Source: an uncultured Armatimonadetes bacterium (lineage in GTDB: Bacteria; Armatimonadota; UBA5829; DTJY01). From it: a stretch of 64,000 nucleotides of DNA. The notes beneath the pieces are model-generated. The model was not told the DNA's origin. It saw nothing but the letters and a program-made list of their open reading frames with translations, and did no database searches. A program made the translations under genes and the position numbers. The stretch spans positions 3,392,001 through 3,456,000 of the forward strand of contig OY970325.1 in assembly GCA_963717145.1 (NCBI GenBank), in the 5' to 3' direction. Of the stretch, positions 1 through 10,171 are shown piece after piece; position 1 is the first letter of the stretch, and the number at the start of each line of letters is the position of its first letter.

Positions 1-1
1 C

Positions 2-541
2 CGTGGAGACCAGGGTCCGGTCCGCAAGTTCTGGATCGATGCCACAAAGTGGGTCAAGCTCAAGACTGAGGATGTCGCGCCGAACGGCGCGGTCGTTTCC
101 ACTTCGTACTACACGAGGATTCAGTACCTGAACGACGTACCGGATGGCAAGTTCCGCATCGAGCCGCCGCCGGGGTATCAAGTACAGCGCGATGTGGGCC
201 CCCCGGGTCTGCTCCCGATCGAGAAGGCCCTGAAGATGGTCAAGTTCGCGGTTGTTCGACCGGAGTACTTGCCGCCGGGGTTCAAGCTGGCCGGCGCGGC
301 GGTCGAACCTTTCCGCGGGAGTCATATTCTCGGGCTGAGATATACCAACAACGTGACCTCGTTCTCACTCTTTGAAACGCCCGAGAAGTCGCTGAATCCG
401 AAGTTCATGCAGCGTCTCCACGAGGGTCCGGTCCGCCCGGGCAAGGGGATTTATTCCTGGCGGAGAGGCGCTCTGAACCTCACACTGGTCGGAACTCTGC
501 CATCGGACCAGATCAAGCGGATCGTAGCTTCGATGAAGTAA
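2..541 (+). CDS. MucB/RseB/LolA-fold periplasmic protein, C-terminal part (5' end lies outside the window)
   Basis: Frame is open from base 2: RKFWIDATKWVKLKTE...YTRIQY...FRIEPPPG, then PEYLPPGF and LRYTNNVTSFSLFE, typical of MucB/RseB-like proteins. Confidence 0.6.
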   Translation, partial: RGDQGPVRKFWIDATKWVKLKTEDVAPNGAVVSTSYYTRIQYLNDVPDGKFRIEPPPGYQVQRDVGPPGLLPIEKALKMVKFAVVRPEYLPPGFKLAGAAVEPFRGSHILGLRYTNNVTSFSLFETPEKSLNPKFMQRLHEGPVRPGKGIYSWRRGALNLTLVGTLPSDQIKRIVASMK

Positions 542-583
542 GGCAATGGACAGCCGCTCCCCTCACCTGCTATAGTTCCCTCG

Positions 584-1726
584 ATGCTGCAAGTCCACGA
601 GATCGATGACGACCGCCAACTCGACGAGCTGACTCCGGAGTGGAATGACCTCCTCGGCCGATGCAGCCACGCCGGGATCTTTCAGACTCCGGAGTGGCTC
701 ACGACATGCCGCCGGTTCTTCGGACGCGGATCCTGTCTGACTGCGCTGGCGGTCAGGGACGGCGGTCTGCTGGTCGGCCTTGCTCCGTTCGAGATCGCGC
801 ACATCTACGGGCTGCCACTACGCAGGCTGCGCTTCGTCGGCAATGGGCGGTCAGACTACCTCGATATCATCGCCGATGACGGCTCGGCGGAGGATGTCCT
901 CCAGGCGGTCTTCGCATGGCTAACCGAGCATCGATCCCGATGGGACATCGTCGACCTGCAGGAGATCCCCGAGGGAGAGTATGGGAGTGTGGGAGTATGG
1001 GAGTGTGGGAGTCCGGATACCCCGACACTCCCATACTCCCACACCCCCACACTCTCCCACTCCCTCTTCGACCAGGAGCTGTGCCCGTACATGCCGCTCG
1101 CGCCGACGTGGGAGGAGACAATCGCGGGCCTGGGCAAGAAGATGCGGTACAACCTCGGCTACTACGAGCGCCTGATGCGCCGCCGGTTCGACGTTGAGAT
1201 GGGGACGTTCGACGGCGATCGGCTCGATGAAGGGTTGGACGCGCTGTTCCGGCTTCATACTGAGCGATGGAAGAAACGATGGCTCCCCGGCGTGCTCTCG
1301 GGCGACCACACTCGCGCCTTCCACCGAGAGCTGGCGGCACTATTCATGGGGCGCGGATGGCTCAGATTCCACACTCTCCGGCTCGACGGCGAGATCAAGG
1401 CCGTCCTCTACTGCCTCGCATACAAGTCGAAGACCTGCTACTATATCGGCGGATTCGACCCGGAGTTGGCCAGGTACAGCCTCGGCACCGTGCTCACCGG
1501 AAGCGCGATCAGTCAGGCCGTCCGGGAAGGCTGCACTGAGTTCGACTTCCTGCGCGGTGACGAGGGGTACAAGACGCATTGGACGGATCAGGCGCGCATG
1601 AATCGCAGGCTCATCGTCGGGAAACGCGGGATCCGTTCATCGGCGTGCTCGGGCGTGTGCCGATTCGAGATGAAGGCCGAGCACGCCGCGAAGAAATGGA
1701 TGCACCATCACTTCGCCTGCAGATGA
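584..1726 (+). CDS. GNAT-family acetyltransferase, CelD/BcsL type
   Basis: IFQTPEWL, SDYLDII, YIGGFDPELARYSLGTVL and FDFLRGDEGYK motifs; carries an in-frame repeat insert at 971-1066. Confidence 0.85.
   Translation: MLQVHEIDDDRQLDELTPEWNDLLGRCSHAGIFQTPEWLTTCRRFFGRGSCLTALAVRDGGLLVGLAPFEIAHIYGLPLRRLRFVGNGRSDYLDIIADDGSAEDVLQAVFAWLTEHRSRWDIVDLQEIPEGEYGSVGVWECGSPDTPTLPYSHTPTLSHSLFDQELCPYMPLAPTWEETIAGLGKKMRYNLGYYERLMRRRFDVEMGTFDGDRLDEGLDALFRLHTERWKKRWLPGVLSGDHTRAFHRELAALFMGRGWLRFHTLRLDGEIKAVLYCLAYKSKTCYYIGGFDPELARYSLGTVLTGSAISQAVREGCTEFDFLRGDEGYKTHWTDQARMNRRLIVGKRGIRSSACSGVCRFEMKAEHAAKKWMHHHFACR
971..1066. repeat. Hairpin of 8-nt tandem repeats (GGGAGTRT)n...(AYACTCCC)n, in-frame in the GNAT gene
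   Basis: 96 nt with ends gaggga/tccctc; encodes low-complexity EGEYGSVGVWECGSPDTPTLPYSHTPTLSHSL. Confidence 0.85.
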
Positions 1727-1916
1727 GGTCGCATCGGCAGGCGAGAGACCGAGGGACTAGAGAACGACTTATTTCATGGTTTATCGAGCGAGAAAGAGGG
1801 TATTGGAGCTACGATAGCGCATGTTGAATTGGATACGGTAAGAGATCAGCGCGGAACTCCCAATCCGTATCCCCATACCGGCGCGGGAGCGCGCCACAAT
1901 CAAGGAGGAAACTGGG

Positions 1917-2743
1917 ATGAAACTAAGGACTGTCTCACTCACGCTGATCGCACTGTGCCTCATCATTCTGGCAAGTGGCGCTCAGGCCGTGCCCACGGTC
2001 GAAGTCACCGGATCGTTCTTCAGCACCATGCCGAGTCCGCATGGCTTGTGCGCGCAGCTCTTACCATGGGCGAGCGGCAAACCGACCACGTTCACCGGGA
2101 TAACGCCCTACACCATCAAGGTGAAGGCCGGACCTGTGAACACGAATGCGCTTGGCATCGCGTGTGTGAATGCCAACTGGGCACAAAACATCTACACGGT
2201 CACGGCCTACTCGAAGCTGAACGGCACCGGGCCAACTTCGCCGCCGGTCGCGGTGTCGCGCTTCAACCCGAAGTACTTCTGTGGACTTCAGGGCGGCGGG
2301 GCGCTGCATCTCCTGAGCTACGATGTGTGGCCCAATATCCAGCATCAGGTCCTACCGGAGCGCCAGGCGACCTATGCCATAATCGACAAGAAGAACCCGG
2401 GGAAGAACTTCGGGATACTCTACTATGACAACGACAACCCGCTTGGGGCGGTTTCGTTCGTCGCCAAGAGCTACGAAAACGCCATGTATACGCCGGTGAT
2501 CGGAATTCCCCCTACACCACGGTACAATTCCTCGGCGTGGGACGGGCTGTGTTCGGCGGCGTTCCGAAGATCGTTCACTACGTGGTCAGGGCCGACAACC
2601 TCCCCGATGACAACCGGTTCTACATCGAGTTGTGGAGCATCGACTGGCACCTGCTGTATGAATCGGCCGGAACGAGTCTGGTTGATCAGGCCGCCGAGCA
2701 GCACGTGTATGACGGCAAGAACGTGATCGTCATCTGTCCGTAG
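1917..2743 (+). CDS. Secreted hypothetical protein, probable frameshift near 2540
   Basis: RBS aaggagg and signal peptide; C-terminus reads better in the 2537..2743 frame. Confidence 0.55.
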
Positions 2744-2778
2744 GCAGACTGCAAACTGCTGACGGAAGTAAATGCAAG

Positions 2779-2807
2779 TTGGGGCAGGAGTTGAACTCCT
2801 GCCCCAA
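2779..2807. repeat. REP-like hairpin, GGAGT-NNN-ACTCC family
   Basis: ttggggcaggagt-tga-actcctgccccaa; relatives at 20967, 42008, 50028, 53428-53605, 55568-55655, 58582. Confidence 0.8.
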
Positions 2808-2809
2808 AC

Positions 2810-2917
2810 TCATCTGAGCACCCCTATTCCAATCTGATACCGGCTGCCTATGCGAGCCACTTCCCAGCCGTTGTCTCTCAGTAGTTTGATGATCTCCCTG
2901 CCTGAGTAGGCCTTCAC
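2810..2917 (-). pseudogene. hicA: Truncated HicA-family toxin (35 aa), not in the ORF track
   Basis: GTG overlaps the hicB stop; VKAYSGREIIKLLRDNGWEVARIGSRYQ resembles the HicA N-terminus, but GSH is GSR and the ORF stops early. Confidence 0.7.
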
Positions 2918-3120
2918 ACCGAAATCTCCACGACCTCTCGCACCCTCTCGGGGGAACCCTTTCGGTCATTCAGGACCGCGAGGCAGCCGCGGATAGCCTC
3001 TCGCAGATTGTCGTGAAGCTCCTGGAGTGTCTCGCCCTGAGTCAGGCAACCGGGCAGCGCGGGGACCTCCGCCCAGTACCCGCCTTCTTCAGCATCGTGT
3101 ATGATCGCCTTGAACGTCAT
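2914..3120 (-). CDS. hicB: HicB-family antitoxin (short UPF0150 type)
   Basis: EEGGYWAEVPALPGCLTQGETLQE...LREAI. Confidence 0.9.
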   Translation of the reverse strand: MTFKAIIHDAEEGGYWAEVPALPGCLTQGETLQELHDNLREAIRGCLAVLNDRKGSPERVREVVEISV

Positions 3121-3252
3121 TGTCTTCGGACCTCAGTCAACGCAGTTAGGTGCAGCTTCATTATGCCACAATGCTCCGCTGAAACACGGTGCGCAAGTCC
3201 AACTCCCGCCCCCCGATGATGGAGTTCCTCCGTGTCCTCTGTGCCTCCGTGG

Positions 3253-4536
3253 TCAGCCCGCCAAACCTCGCAGAAGCTGACCCGCCGCGTTGGCCATCCG
3301 CACTCCCGCGGACGGCTCGAGGGTCGCCGAGAGGATCGGCATCGTCTCGTAGGTGCCGGGGTAGAACGCATCGAGCGTCGGGATGTAGCCGAATGTCCCG
3401 TTCGCAAGCTCGCCGACGAAGGTCTGATCGAACGGCGACCACTCCTTGATACTCAGCCCATACTGCACGAAGTACTCGCCCGGTATACCGACGAACGCCG
3501 TATCGCCGATGCGGAGCGCCTGCACCTCCGCATGCGCGGTCTGACCGTCGAGGTCGTACTCCTCGATGCGGATCGCCTGTGCGATCTCGATCTCGCTCGC
3601 CTTCTCGTCTCGGCGGATATCGGCCGCGCGCTCCCGGAGCGCTTGAGTCATAGGATGGTACATGATATCGAGCGTCTCCGCGGATACCCCCAGCTTCTCG
3701 CTCTCCATCGGTTTCGACATCTCGGACGCCGACAGGACCTTGCCGGCGATCACGCGGGCGATCCTCACCATCTCGGCTTCGTTGCTCTGTTGGTCGGGAT
3801 CATCGATGTCCCGATGGTTGATGTTTCCGCACGTGCCCTGCATGTAGATCACCAGCGGGTGATTCGGATAGAGCGAGCTGACGATGCGGGACATCTCGGC
3901 GGGATGGTCGCCGGAGATCTCGACGCCGCCGATGGTATCGGGATGGAGGGCATAGTTGGCGATGATGGCGACCGGCTGCTTGTCCGGGCCGTCGATGCGC
4001 AGGACGTTCACCTGCGGGTCGATCGGTCCGTCCGGGCCGACGATATTCGGGTCGCACTTCGCCGGGTTGAACTTGACCGTGCCGTCCTTCATCCGGAACC
4101 GGCGATTGAACGCGACGCCGTCCTCATACTCCTCGCCGAGCCGGAGCGTCGCCGGTCGGAGCGTCGCATTGGCGCGGATGATCGCATCGGCGACCATCTG
4201 AGGCAGCCGTCCGATCCACGCCTGGTTGATCGGAACGTGCTTGTTCGGATGCGTCTCCGGGCCGGTGTGTGTATGAGTCGCCGAGACCCAGATGTTCTCA
4301 GCGGGGATGCCGGTCGCCTCCGAAACGATCTGTCGCGTCTTGTCGACCTCCCCGCGCATCATCCGGCACAGGTCGCACACGACGAACGCGACTCTGATGC
4401 CGCCGTCATCGAGGACGACGGCCTTCGCCTGCAGGTCATCGCGTACCCCGGTGGATACCCGATCGTGGAAATACCCGGCGAGCGACGTGCCCACCGGCGG
4501 TGTGATCACCGAACTGCCGACTCCGACTTTGATCAT
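3253..4536 (-). CDS. Neutral/alkaline ceramidase-like metallohydrolase
   Basis: ITPPVG, ATHTHTGP, NRR, NYALHP, GIPGEYF, ELANGTFGYIPT. Confidence 0.8.
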   Translation of the reverse strand: MIKVGVGSSVITPPVGTSLAGYFHDRVSTGVRDDLQAKAVVLDDGGIRVAFVVCDLCRMMRGEVDKTRQIVSEATGIPAENIWVSATHTHTGPETHPNKHVPINQAWIGRLPQMVADAIIRANATLRPATLRLGEEYEDGVAFNRRFRMKDGTVKFNPAKCDPNIVGPDGPIDPQVNVLRIDGPDKQPVAIIANYALHPDTIGGVEISGDHPAEMSRIVSSLYPNHPLVIYMQGTCGNINHRDIDDPDQQSNEAEMVRIARVIAGKVLSASEMSKPMESEKLGVSAETLDIMYHPMTQALRERAADIRRDEKASEIEIAQAIRIEEYDLDGQTAHAEVQALRIGDTAFVGIPGEYFVQYGLSIKEWSPFDQTFVGELANGTFGYIPTLDAFYPGTYETMPILSATLEPSAGVRMANAAGQLLRGLAG

Positions 4537-4640
4537 GGTTTTCTCCTCTTAGCTTCTCAGAAGCTAGCCCAATCCACACACACCGCACATCTGGCGGCCT
4601 GGTAAGGAAAGCTAGACTCTGCTAAGTTCTTCAAGGTTCT

Positions 4641-4710
4641 TTCAGAACTTTCAGAACTTTTCAGAACTTTTCAGAACTTTTCAGAACTTTTCAGAACTTT
4701 TCAGAACTTT
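4641..4710. repeat. 10-bp microsatellite (TCAGAACTTT), about 7 copies
   Basis: Directly visible; overlaps the stop of the 4681..6426 ORF. Confidence 0.95.
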
Positions 4711-6426
4711 TGTTGCTCTCCTGCGAGCGGATATAAACCTCGCAGGCGATATCGTCATGCCTCTCGTCCTGCCTTCAGATCGCAGAATACCCAAGCTAAC
4801 CATGCGCTTGAGTACGTAGGATGCCCGGCTGTAGTCCACATTCAACAACCCCCGTACAGCAGGATTGGTCACATATTCGTGACTGGCAAGATACTCGACT
4901 ACCTTAGCCTCGCTTTCTGATAGACTCGGCAACGATATATCGTGCTGCCCTAGGTGATTCGCCAATGTATAGTGGGCTCCCCCTCGCGTACTGTGCTGAT
5001 AGATCAGCCCTTGGTCTACCAGGTTGCGTAGGTCCTTTGTGGCCGATCGCCCATCAACGAAACTGAGCCTTTGATGGTCTCTATTGGCGATATGACCATG
5101 GCGTCGCATGTACACCAACGCTAGCCGTTGGTGATCGTTCAGCTTCATACCTGAGAACTGTCCTAGCCATTGCACCGCTCGCGCATCCATCATTGTGTGG
5201 TTCTGAAAGGTAACGCAGAATGATGCCTTGCGATCTGCAAACTGAGGCGGTTCAAGACTCGCTTGACGCATTGCCTGAACGATCGTCATGATTCCAGATC
5301 CTCGATTCTCGACTAACCGAAAGTCTTCGAGCATACGCATTAGTATTGAGTTGCGTGTCGACCGCTCATGATCGATATTGTCCTCAGTAACAGCCCCATA
5401 TAGACCTCCCGGGCTTTGGATCTCCAGCCGATCTGCGAACATGCGCACCTGGATGTACGAGCCCTTCACGTAATCGCTGTAATCCCTATGTGCGACGGCA
5501 TTCACAAGAGCTTCCCGGATGGCAACAACAGGGTACTCGGGTATGTCCTGCCTTAGAAGGCCGGTGATGAGCGCGCGAGTCTGCATCTGAGCTTCTATAC
5601 GATTGAGAGTATCGTTCAACAGCTCAGGAATTCTGCCTTCGAACTTCCTGTTATCGAGGAATCGCTCACCATGTGGCCCGGGCGTTGTCTCATCAGTCCC
5701 TGCGAATCGAAGAAACGTCACGACCAGAGAGGGGAAGAACTGCTGAGGATACTTGCCGAACATCAACACTCCGGCCAAGGTCGGATACACCAGTCCATCC
5801 TGTTCTACTGCAATCCGGAGGGTGGTCAGTTGTCGCCCTCGCGGCATCTCTTGGAGGTGTAGCCTTGGCATGGCCTTGTGGCGTAGAGCGACGTACTCAT
5901 CAACGAGCGTATGCTCGAGATCGTCCAGCGACGCCTCTCTGACTGGTTCGACATCATTCCTTGGCTGCTTTCTCGCGCTGATGCAGAGGTAGATCTCGTA
6001 GTCACTCATGCGACGATTGCTGGCCCCCACTCTGACATACGAACCCTTGTACAGGCCAGCAGTCTTGACGTAGCATGGTTTCCTGGCCGGGTCGCATTCA
6101 GGCACTTCAGCAGCCAACACTATTTGTCCGCCGAATCGCGTCACTGAAGGTTCCACTCGAATCGGCGGTTCCATGCTATCCGCGGCCAAACTGACGATGT
6201 CTGCCTGCATCTTGGCGACATCTTGTACTCCGGTGACAGCAAAGCCCTTGTTCTCGTCTACTCCGAGCAGTATTACCCCTCCCCCTCTCTGGTTACTGAG
6301 AGCGGAGAGTGATTCATGGAGTCGCGGCAACTCGGAAGCCGCCGTCTTGGCTTCCACGTCGCATAACTCCAAGCGCCTGGTCTGCAATCCCTCGATCAGT
6401 TCCTGCACCTGCTGTGCGTCAAGCAA
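4681..6426 (-). CDS. AlbA_2/Schlafen + HATPase_c_4 ('RecG C-terminal-like') + winged-helix protein; lower GC
   Basis: VEAK...SALSNQRGGGVILLGVDE, REALVNAVAHRDY, DRLEIQSPGGL, VENRGSGI, C-terminal wHTH segments. Confidence 0.85.
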   Translation of the reverse strand: MLDAQQVQELIEGLQTRRLELCDVEAKTAASELPRLHESLSALSNQRGGGVILLGVDENKGFAVTGVQDVAKMQADIVSLAADSMEPPIRVEPSVTRFGGQIVLAAEVPECDPARKPCYVKTAGLYKGSYVRVGASNRRMSDYEIYLCISARKQPRNDVEPVREASLDDLEHTLVDEYVALRHKAMPRLHLQEMPRGRQLTTLRIAVEQDGLVYPTLAGVLMFGKYPQQFFPSLVVTFLRFAGTDETTPGPHGERFLDNRKFEGRIPELLNDTLNRIEAQMQTRALITGLLRQDIPEYPVVAIREALVNAVAHRDYSDYVKGSYIQVRMFADRLEIQSPGGLYGAVTEDNIDHERSTRNSILMRMLEDFRLVENRGSGIMTIVQAMRQASLEPPQFADRKASFCVTFQNHTMMDARAVQWLGQFSGMKLNDHQRLALVYMRRHGHIANRDHQRLSFVDGRSATKDLRNLVDQGLIYQHSTRGGAHYTLANHLGQHDISLPSLSESEAKVVEYLASHEYVTNPAVRGLLNVDYSRASYVLKRMVSLGILRSEGRTRGMTISPARFISARRRATKVLKSSEKF

Positions 6427-6453
6427 GACCGGTACTCCTCAGTCGCGGTAACC

Positions 6454-7620
6454 CTACCCCTTGATCCCCGACATCACGATGCCCTTCACGAAGTACTTCT
6501 GCGCCGAGAAGAAGATGATCAGCACCGGCATCAGTACCGCGATCGACGCGGCCATCATCAGGTGGTACTCCGTGCCGTGAAGACTCTTGAACGACGCGAG
6601 CCCGAGGGCCAGGGTCTTGTTCTCCATCGACTGTATGTAGATCAGCGGGCCCATGAAGTCGTTCCAATGGGCCATGAAGCTGAACACCGCCACCGTGGCC
6701 AGCGCCGGCTTCGAGAGCGGTATGCACACGTTCCAGTATATACCGAGCGGGCCGCATCCGTCTATCTTGGCCGCATCCTCGAGTTCCTTGGGCAGCGTCA
6801 TGAAGAACTGCCTGAGCAGGAAGATGAAGAACGCGCCGCCTCCGAAGAACGCCGGGACGATCAGCGGCTTGAGCGTATCGATCCATTGCAGGTGAGTATA
6901 GAGGATGAAGGTCGGGATCTGAGTGACCTGCGCGGGGAGCATCATCGTCGAGAGCACGAGGATGAAGAGCGCGTCCCGGCCCGGGAACCGCATCCTGGAG
7001 AAGCCGAATGCGACCAGCGAGGCGCTGAGCACCTGCCCGATGATGCACGCGAGCGTGATGATGAGCGTGTTCTTGAGGAACAGGTGGAACGGCAGCACGG
7101 TCAGCGCGTCGGCGTAGTTCTTCCAGACCGGAGCGAATCTGACGACCTCAATCAGTCTATCGTCTGCATATGCCCGTGATTCGCCTACCAACCTGCTATC
7201 TACTAATCGCCAGGTCTTCCTGCCCTCAACGACCTGCCGCACCACTCTTCCGCCGACTACACGACGCACCGTCTTGTGGCCGTCTGGAGAAATCCCGACT
7301 GCTGCTACGCGTACATCACCCCGCGCCGAGCGGAGCAGAATATGCCAGAGAATCTGATATGATCTGCTATGATTGCAGATTCGGTAAAGAGGGTGTGCGC
7401 TGCCGTTCACCTCGGCAACTACCTGGCTTGATGGGATATACGAGCGATCCTTCACTGTGATCTTCGACTTATCAGTGAGCGAGGTCGACAGCATGAAAAG
7501 GAAGGGTACGAGGAAGACGATCGACAGCCCGACGAGCACCAGGTAACTGAGTCCCATCTTCAGGACTTCGTTACGCCGGGCCCGAGGGTCCCTAATCCTC
7601 CGACCGATCGTTGTTGCCAC
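6454..7620 (-). CDS. Carbohydrate ABC transporter permease (MalG type) with extended loop
   Basis: EAA motif LPKELEDAAKIDG, WNDFMGPLIY. Confidence 0.9.
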   Translation of the reverse strand: MATTIGRRIRDPRARRNEVLKMGLSYLVLVGLSIVFLVPFLFMLSTSLTDKSKITVKDRSYIPSSQVVAEVNGSAHPLYRICNHSRSYQILWHILLRSARGDVRVAAVGISPDGHKTVRRVVGGRVVRQVVEGRKTWRLVDSRLVGESRAYADDRLIEVVRFAPVWKNYADALTVLPFHLFLKNTLIITLACIIGQVLSASLVAFGFSRMRFPGRDALFILVLSTMMLPAQVTQIPTFILYTHLQWIDTLKPLIVPAFFGGGAFFIFLLRQFFMTLPKELEDAAKIDGCGPLGIYWNVCIPLSKPALATVAVFSFMAHWNDFMGPLIYIQSMENKTLALGLASFKSLHGTEYHLMMAASIAVLMPVLIIFFSAQKYFVKGIVMSGIKG

Positions 7621-7639
7621 AAGTTACCTCTCAGCATAG

Positions 7640-7756
7640 GTAGGGAACGGGCGCTGTCCCGTTCCGTGGATGCATGTCCGCAGCAGAGCGGAACGCGACG
7701 GCGGGCGTTCCCTACATTCGTGTCTCCAACACCCAACACCCGACACCCAACACCCG
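7640..7756. repeat. GTAG...CTAC REP doublet plus 7-nt CCAACAC tandem repeats
   Basis: gtagggaacg...cgttccctac (7640-7715), same family as 30337-30412; ccaacac repeats at 7726-7756. Confidence 0.75.
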
Positions 7757-7757
7757 C

Positions 7758-8699
7758 TTACTGGTAATGAACCCACTTGGGCGCTAGCTTGAACTGGATA
7801 AGCGTCAGTGTCATGATGATGATGAACAACAGCCATGCCATCGCCGACGCGTAGCCCATCCGGAAATACATGAACGCGTTCTGGAATAGATACAGGACGT
7901 AGAACAGCGTCGCGTTCATCGGGCCGCCGCCGGTCATGATGAACGCCGCGCCGAATACCTGGAACGCGCCAATGATCGACATGATCAGGTTGAAAAAGAT
8001 CGTCGGGCTGAGCATCGGGATAGTAACGTACCGGAACTTCTGGATGTTGCCCGCTCCATCGAGCAGGGCCGCCTCGTAGAGTTCCTCCGGAATGCCCTGG
8101 AGGCCCGCAAGATAGATGATCATCCCGCCGCCGACTCCCCAGAGCGCCATGATGATCAGCGCCGGCATCGCCCACGCCGGATCCCCGAGCCACTTCGGCG
8201 GATCCGCGACGAGCGGGATATGAGTGACGGCGAAACCATGTGCCCAGGTGATCCACGGGATCTCATGTCTGAGCGCCCGGTTCAGCAGCCCGAGTTCGGG
8301 GTTGAAGATCCAGGTCCAGAGCAGAAAGGTTGCAACACCCGCCGTGACCGACGGCACATAGAAGAGCGTTCGGAAGATGCGCATCCCGGTGAGCTTCTGG
8401 TTGAGCAGGAGGGCGGTCGAAAGCGCGCCGACCATCCCGAGCGGGATGGCAAACGCCGCGTAATACAACGTGTTCATCAGCGACTTGCGGATCAGCGGGT
8501 CTTCCATCATCTTGGCGTAGTTGCCGAATCCGACGAACTTGGCGGGCGTGAGGATGTCCCACTTGCAGAAACTGATGCACAGCGATGCGATGACCGGCCC
8601 GGCGGCGAAGACCAGGAACCCGATGATCCACGGCGATATGAACAGGAAGCCCTGTATCGCCTCCATCCGCTGCAACTTCGAAGTCTTCTCTTTCGTCAT
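7758..8699 (-). CDS. Carbohydrate ABC transporter permease (MalF type)
   Basis: YLAGLQGIPEELYEAALLDGA, MGYASAMAW. Confidence 0.9.
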   Translation of the reverse strand: MTKEKTSKLQRMEAIQGFLFISPWIIGFLVFAAGPVIASLCISFCKWDILTPAKFVGFGNYAKMMEDPLIRKSLMNTLYYAAFAIPLGMVGALSTALLLNQKLTGMRIFRTLFYVPSVTAGVATFLLWTWIFNPELGLLNRALRHEIPWITWAHGFAVTHIPLVADPPKWLGDPAWAMPALIIMALWGVGGGMIIYLAGLQGIPEELYEAALLDGAGNIQKFRYVTIPMLSPTIFFNLIMSIIGAFQVFGAAFIMTGGGPMNATLFYVLYLFQNAFMYFRMGYASAMAWLLFIIIMTLTLIQFKLAPKWVHYQ

Positions 8700-8713
8700 G
8701 ATCTCACTTCTCG

Positions 8714-8864
8714 GAGAACACGGAAACACGGAAGCAGACGGAAAGCACGGAAAGGTCCTTTATCAGGAAGCCAGGAATGTAGGAATCCATGAACCGTTCG
8801 AAGTTGGATGTTCGATGTTCGCTTCCTTCTGTGCTTCTGTCTCCCTCTGTGTTTCTGTGTTCTA
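8714..8864. repeat. GAACAC...GTGTTC 9-nt-periodic palindromic element with nested arms
   Basis: gagaacacggaaacacggaag ... ctctgtgtttctgtgttcta; inner caggaagccaggaa and gttggatgttcgatgttcg. Confidence 0.8.
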
Positions 8865-10160
8865 CCACACCTCTCCGCCGATTGCGGCGTTGACATCGGC
8901 GGCGAACTTCTTGCACGCCTCGTCGACCGTGCCGTAGCCGAGCCAGGCGCCCTCAAAGTTGGCCATCGCCTGGTTGAACTCTGTGTACTGCGGCGGGAAC
9001 GGCGCCTGACGCCCGTACTCGATCGCCTCGAGGAATACCCTGTCGCTCGGAGGCGAGATCGGCGATTTCAGCACCAGGTCGGACATGGCGACCTTCTTGT
9101 ACGCCGGGAATGCGTTCCCTGCCTTGACGTTCAGGAGCGCGCCCTCGTAGCCGGAGAGGAACTTCAGGAATTCCCACGCCTCCCGGGGATGCTTCGTCGT
9201 CTTGAGGATGCAGTTGCCGCCCCAGATGAATGTCGTCGCGCGGCCCGCGGGTCCCTTCGGCATGTGCGCCACGTCCCACGGGAACTCCAGGCCCTTGGAG
9301 AATATCTTGTAGGCATACCGGCTGTCCGCGATAATGCCAGCCCGCTGGGCCATGAACATGTCCTGGAAGCTCTGCCCGAGGCCCTGAGTGGCGGTCGGCG
9401 CGACGTGCTCCTTCATCGAGAGGTTGACGTAGAACTCCAGGCCGGCGATCGACTTCGGATCGTCCATCAGGCATTTCTTCGTATCCTTCGAGAGGATGTC
9501 GCCGCCGTTCGCCCAGACCCACGCGGGCCAGCGGTTATATGAGTTGATATTGACGAATCCGAACTGGTCGATCGTGCCATCGTGATCGGTATCTTTGGTC
9601 AGCTTCTTCGCAGCCCACAGGAACTTCTTCCAATCCCAGGTGTCGTCCGGGTAGGGAACACCGGCTTCGTCGAAGAGCTTCTTGTTGTAGACGAGCGCGA
9701 TCGTCGAGAAATCGCTCGGAAGGCCGAGGAGCTTGTCCTGGTAGCGCATGCCGTCGAGCACCTGATCGAAGTAGTCGTCGATGTCGAACGCCTTGTCTCC
9801 GGCGATGATCGGATTGAGGTCGACGAGCAGGTCTTTCGCTGCGTAGAACGGGAAGTTCTGCTGGGTGACGTGGAAGATGTCCGGCGAGATTCTGCCGGCG
9901 ACCAGGGTGAGCAGCTTGGCGTCGTAGCCGGTATCGCCCATGCTCGAATTAAGCCTGATCTTGATCTTGGGATGAGTGCGCTCGAACTCCGGGATGAGGT
10001 ACTTCTCGTACAGCTCGAGGAACTCCGGCGTGGCGTAGTTGTACCACTCGATGACGACTCGCCCGCCGTCATACTCCTGCCGAACCTTCGGCTGCATGAC
10101 CCACCGACCGAGTGCCACCAACACGACCAGGATTATCAGATAAGTTAGTGCTTTTCTCAT
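8862..10160 (-). CDS. Sugar ABC transporter substrate-binding protein
   Basis: N-terminal anchor, YNKKLFDEAGV, WDWKKF, EAWEFLKFL. Confidence 0.9.
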   Translation of the reverse strand: MRKALTYLIILVVLVALGRWVMQPKVRQEYDGGRVVIEWYNYATPEFLELYEKYLIPEFERTHPKIKIRLNSSMGDTGYDAKLLTLVAGRISPDIFHVTQQNFPFYAAKDLLVDLNPIIAGDKAFDIDDYFDQVLDGMRYQDKLLGLPSDFSTIALVYNKKLFDEAGVPYPDDTWDWKKFLWAAKKLTKDTDHDGTIDQFGFVNINSYNRWPAWVWANGGDILSKDTKKCLMDDPKSIAGLEFYVNLSMKEHVAPTATQGLGQSFQDMFMAQRAGIIADSRYAYKIFSKGLEFPWDVAHMPKGPAGRATTFIWGGNCILKTTKHPREAWEFLKFLSGYEGALLNVKAGNAFPAYKKVAMSDLVLKSPISPPSDRVFLEAIEYGRQAPFPPQYTEFNQAMANFEGAWLGYGTVDEACKKFAADVNAAIGGEVW

Positions 10161-10171
10161 GCTTACTCAGT

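Noticed and set aside
7335-7383. Possible repeat insert in the MalG loop (gaatctg...cagattc)
   Set aside because: Too short and degenerate, with no second copy in the window
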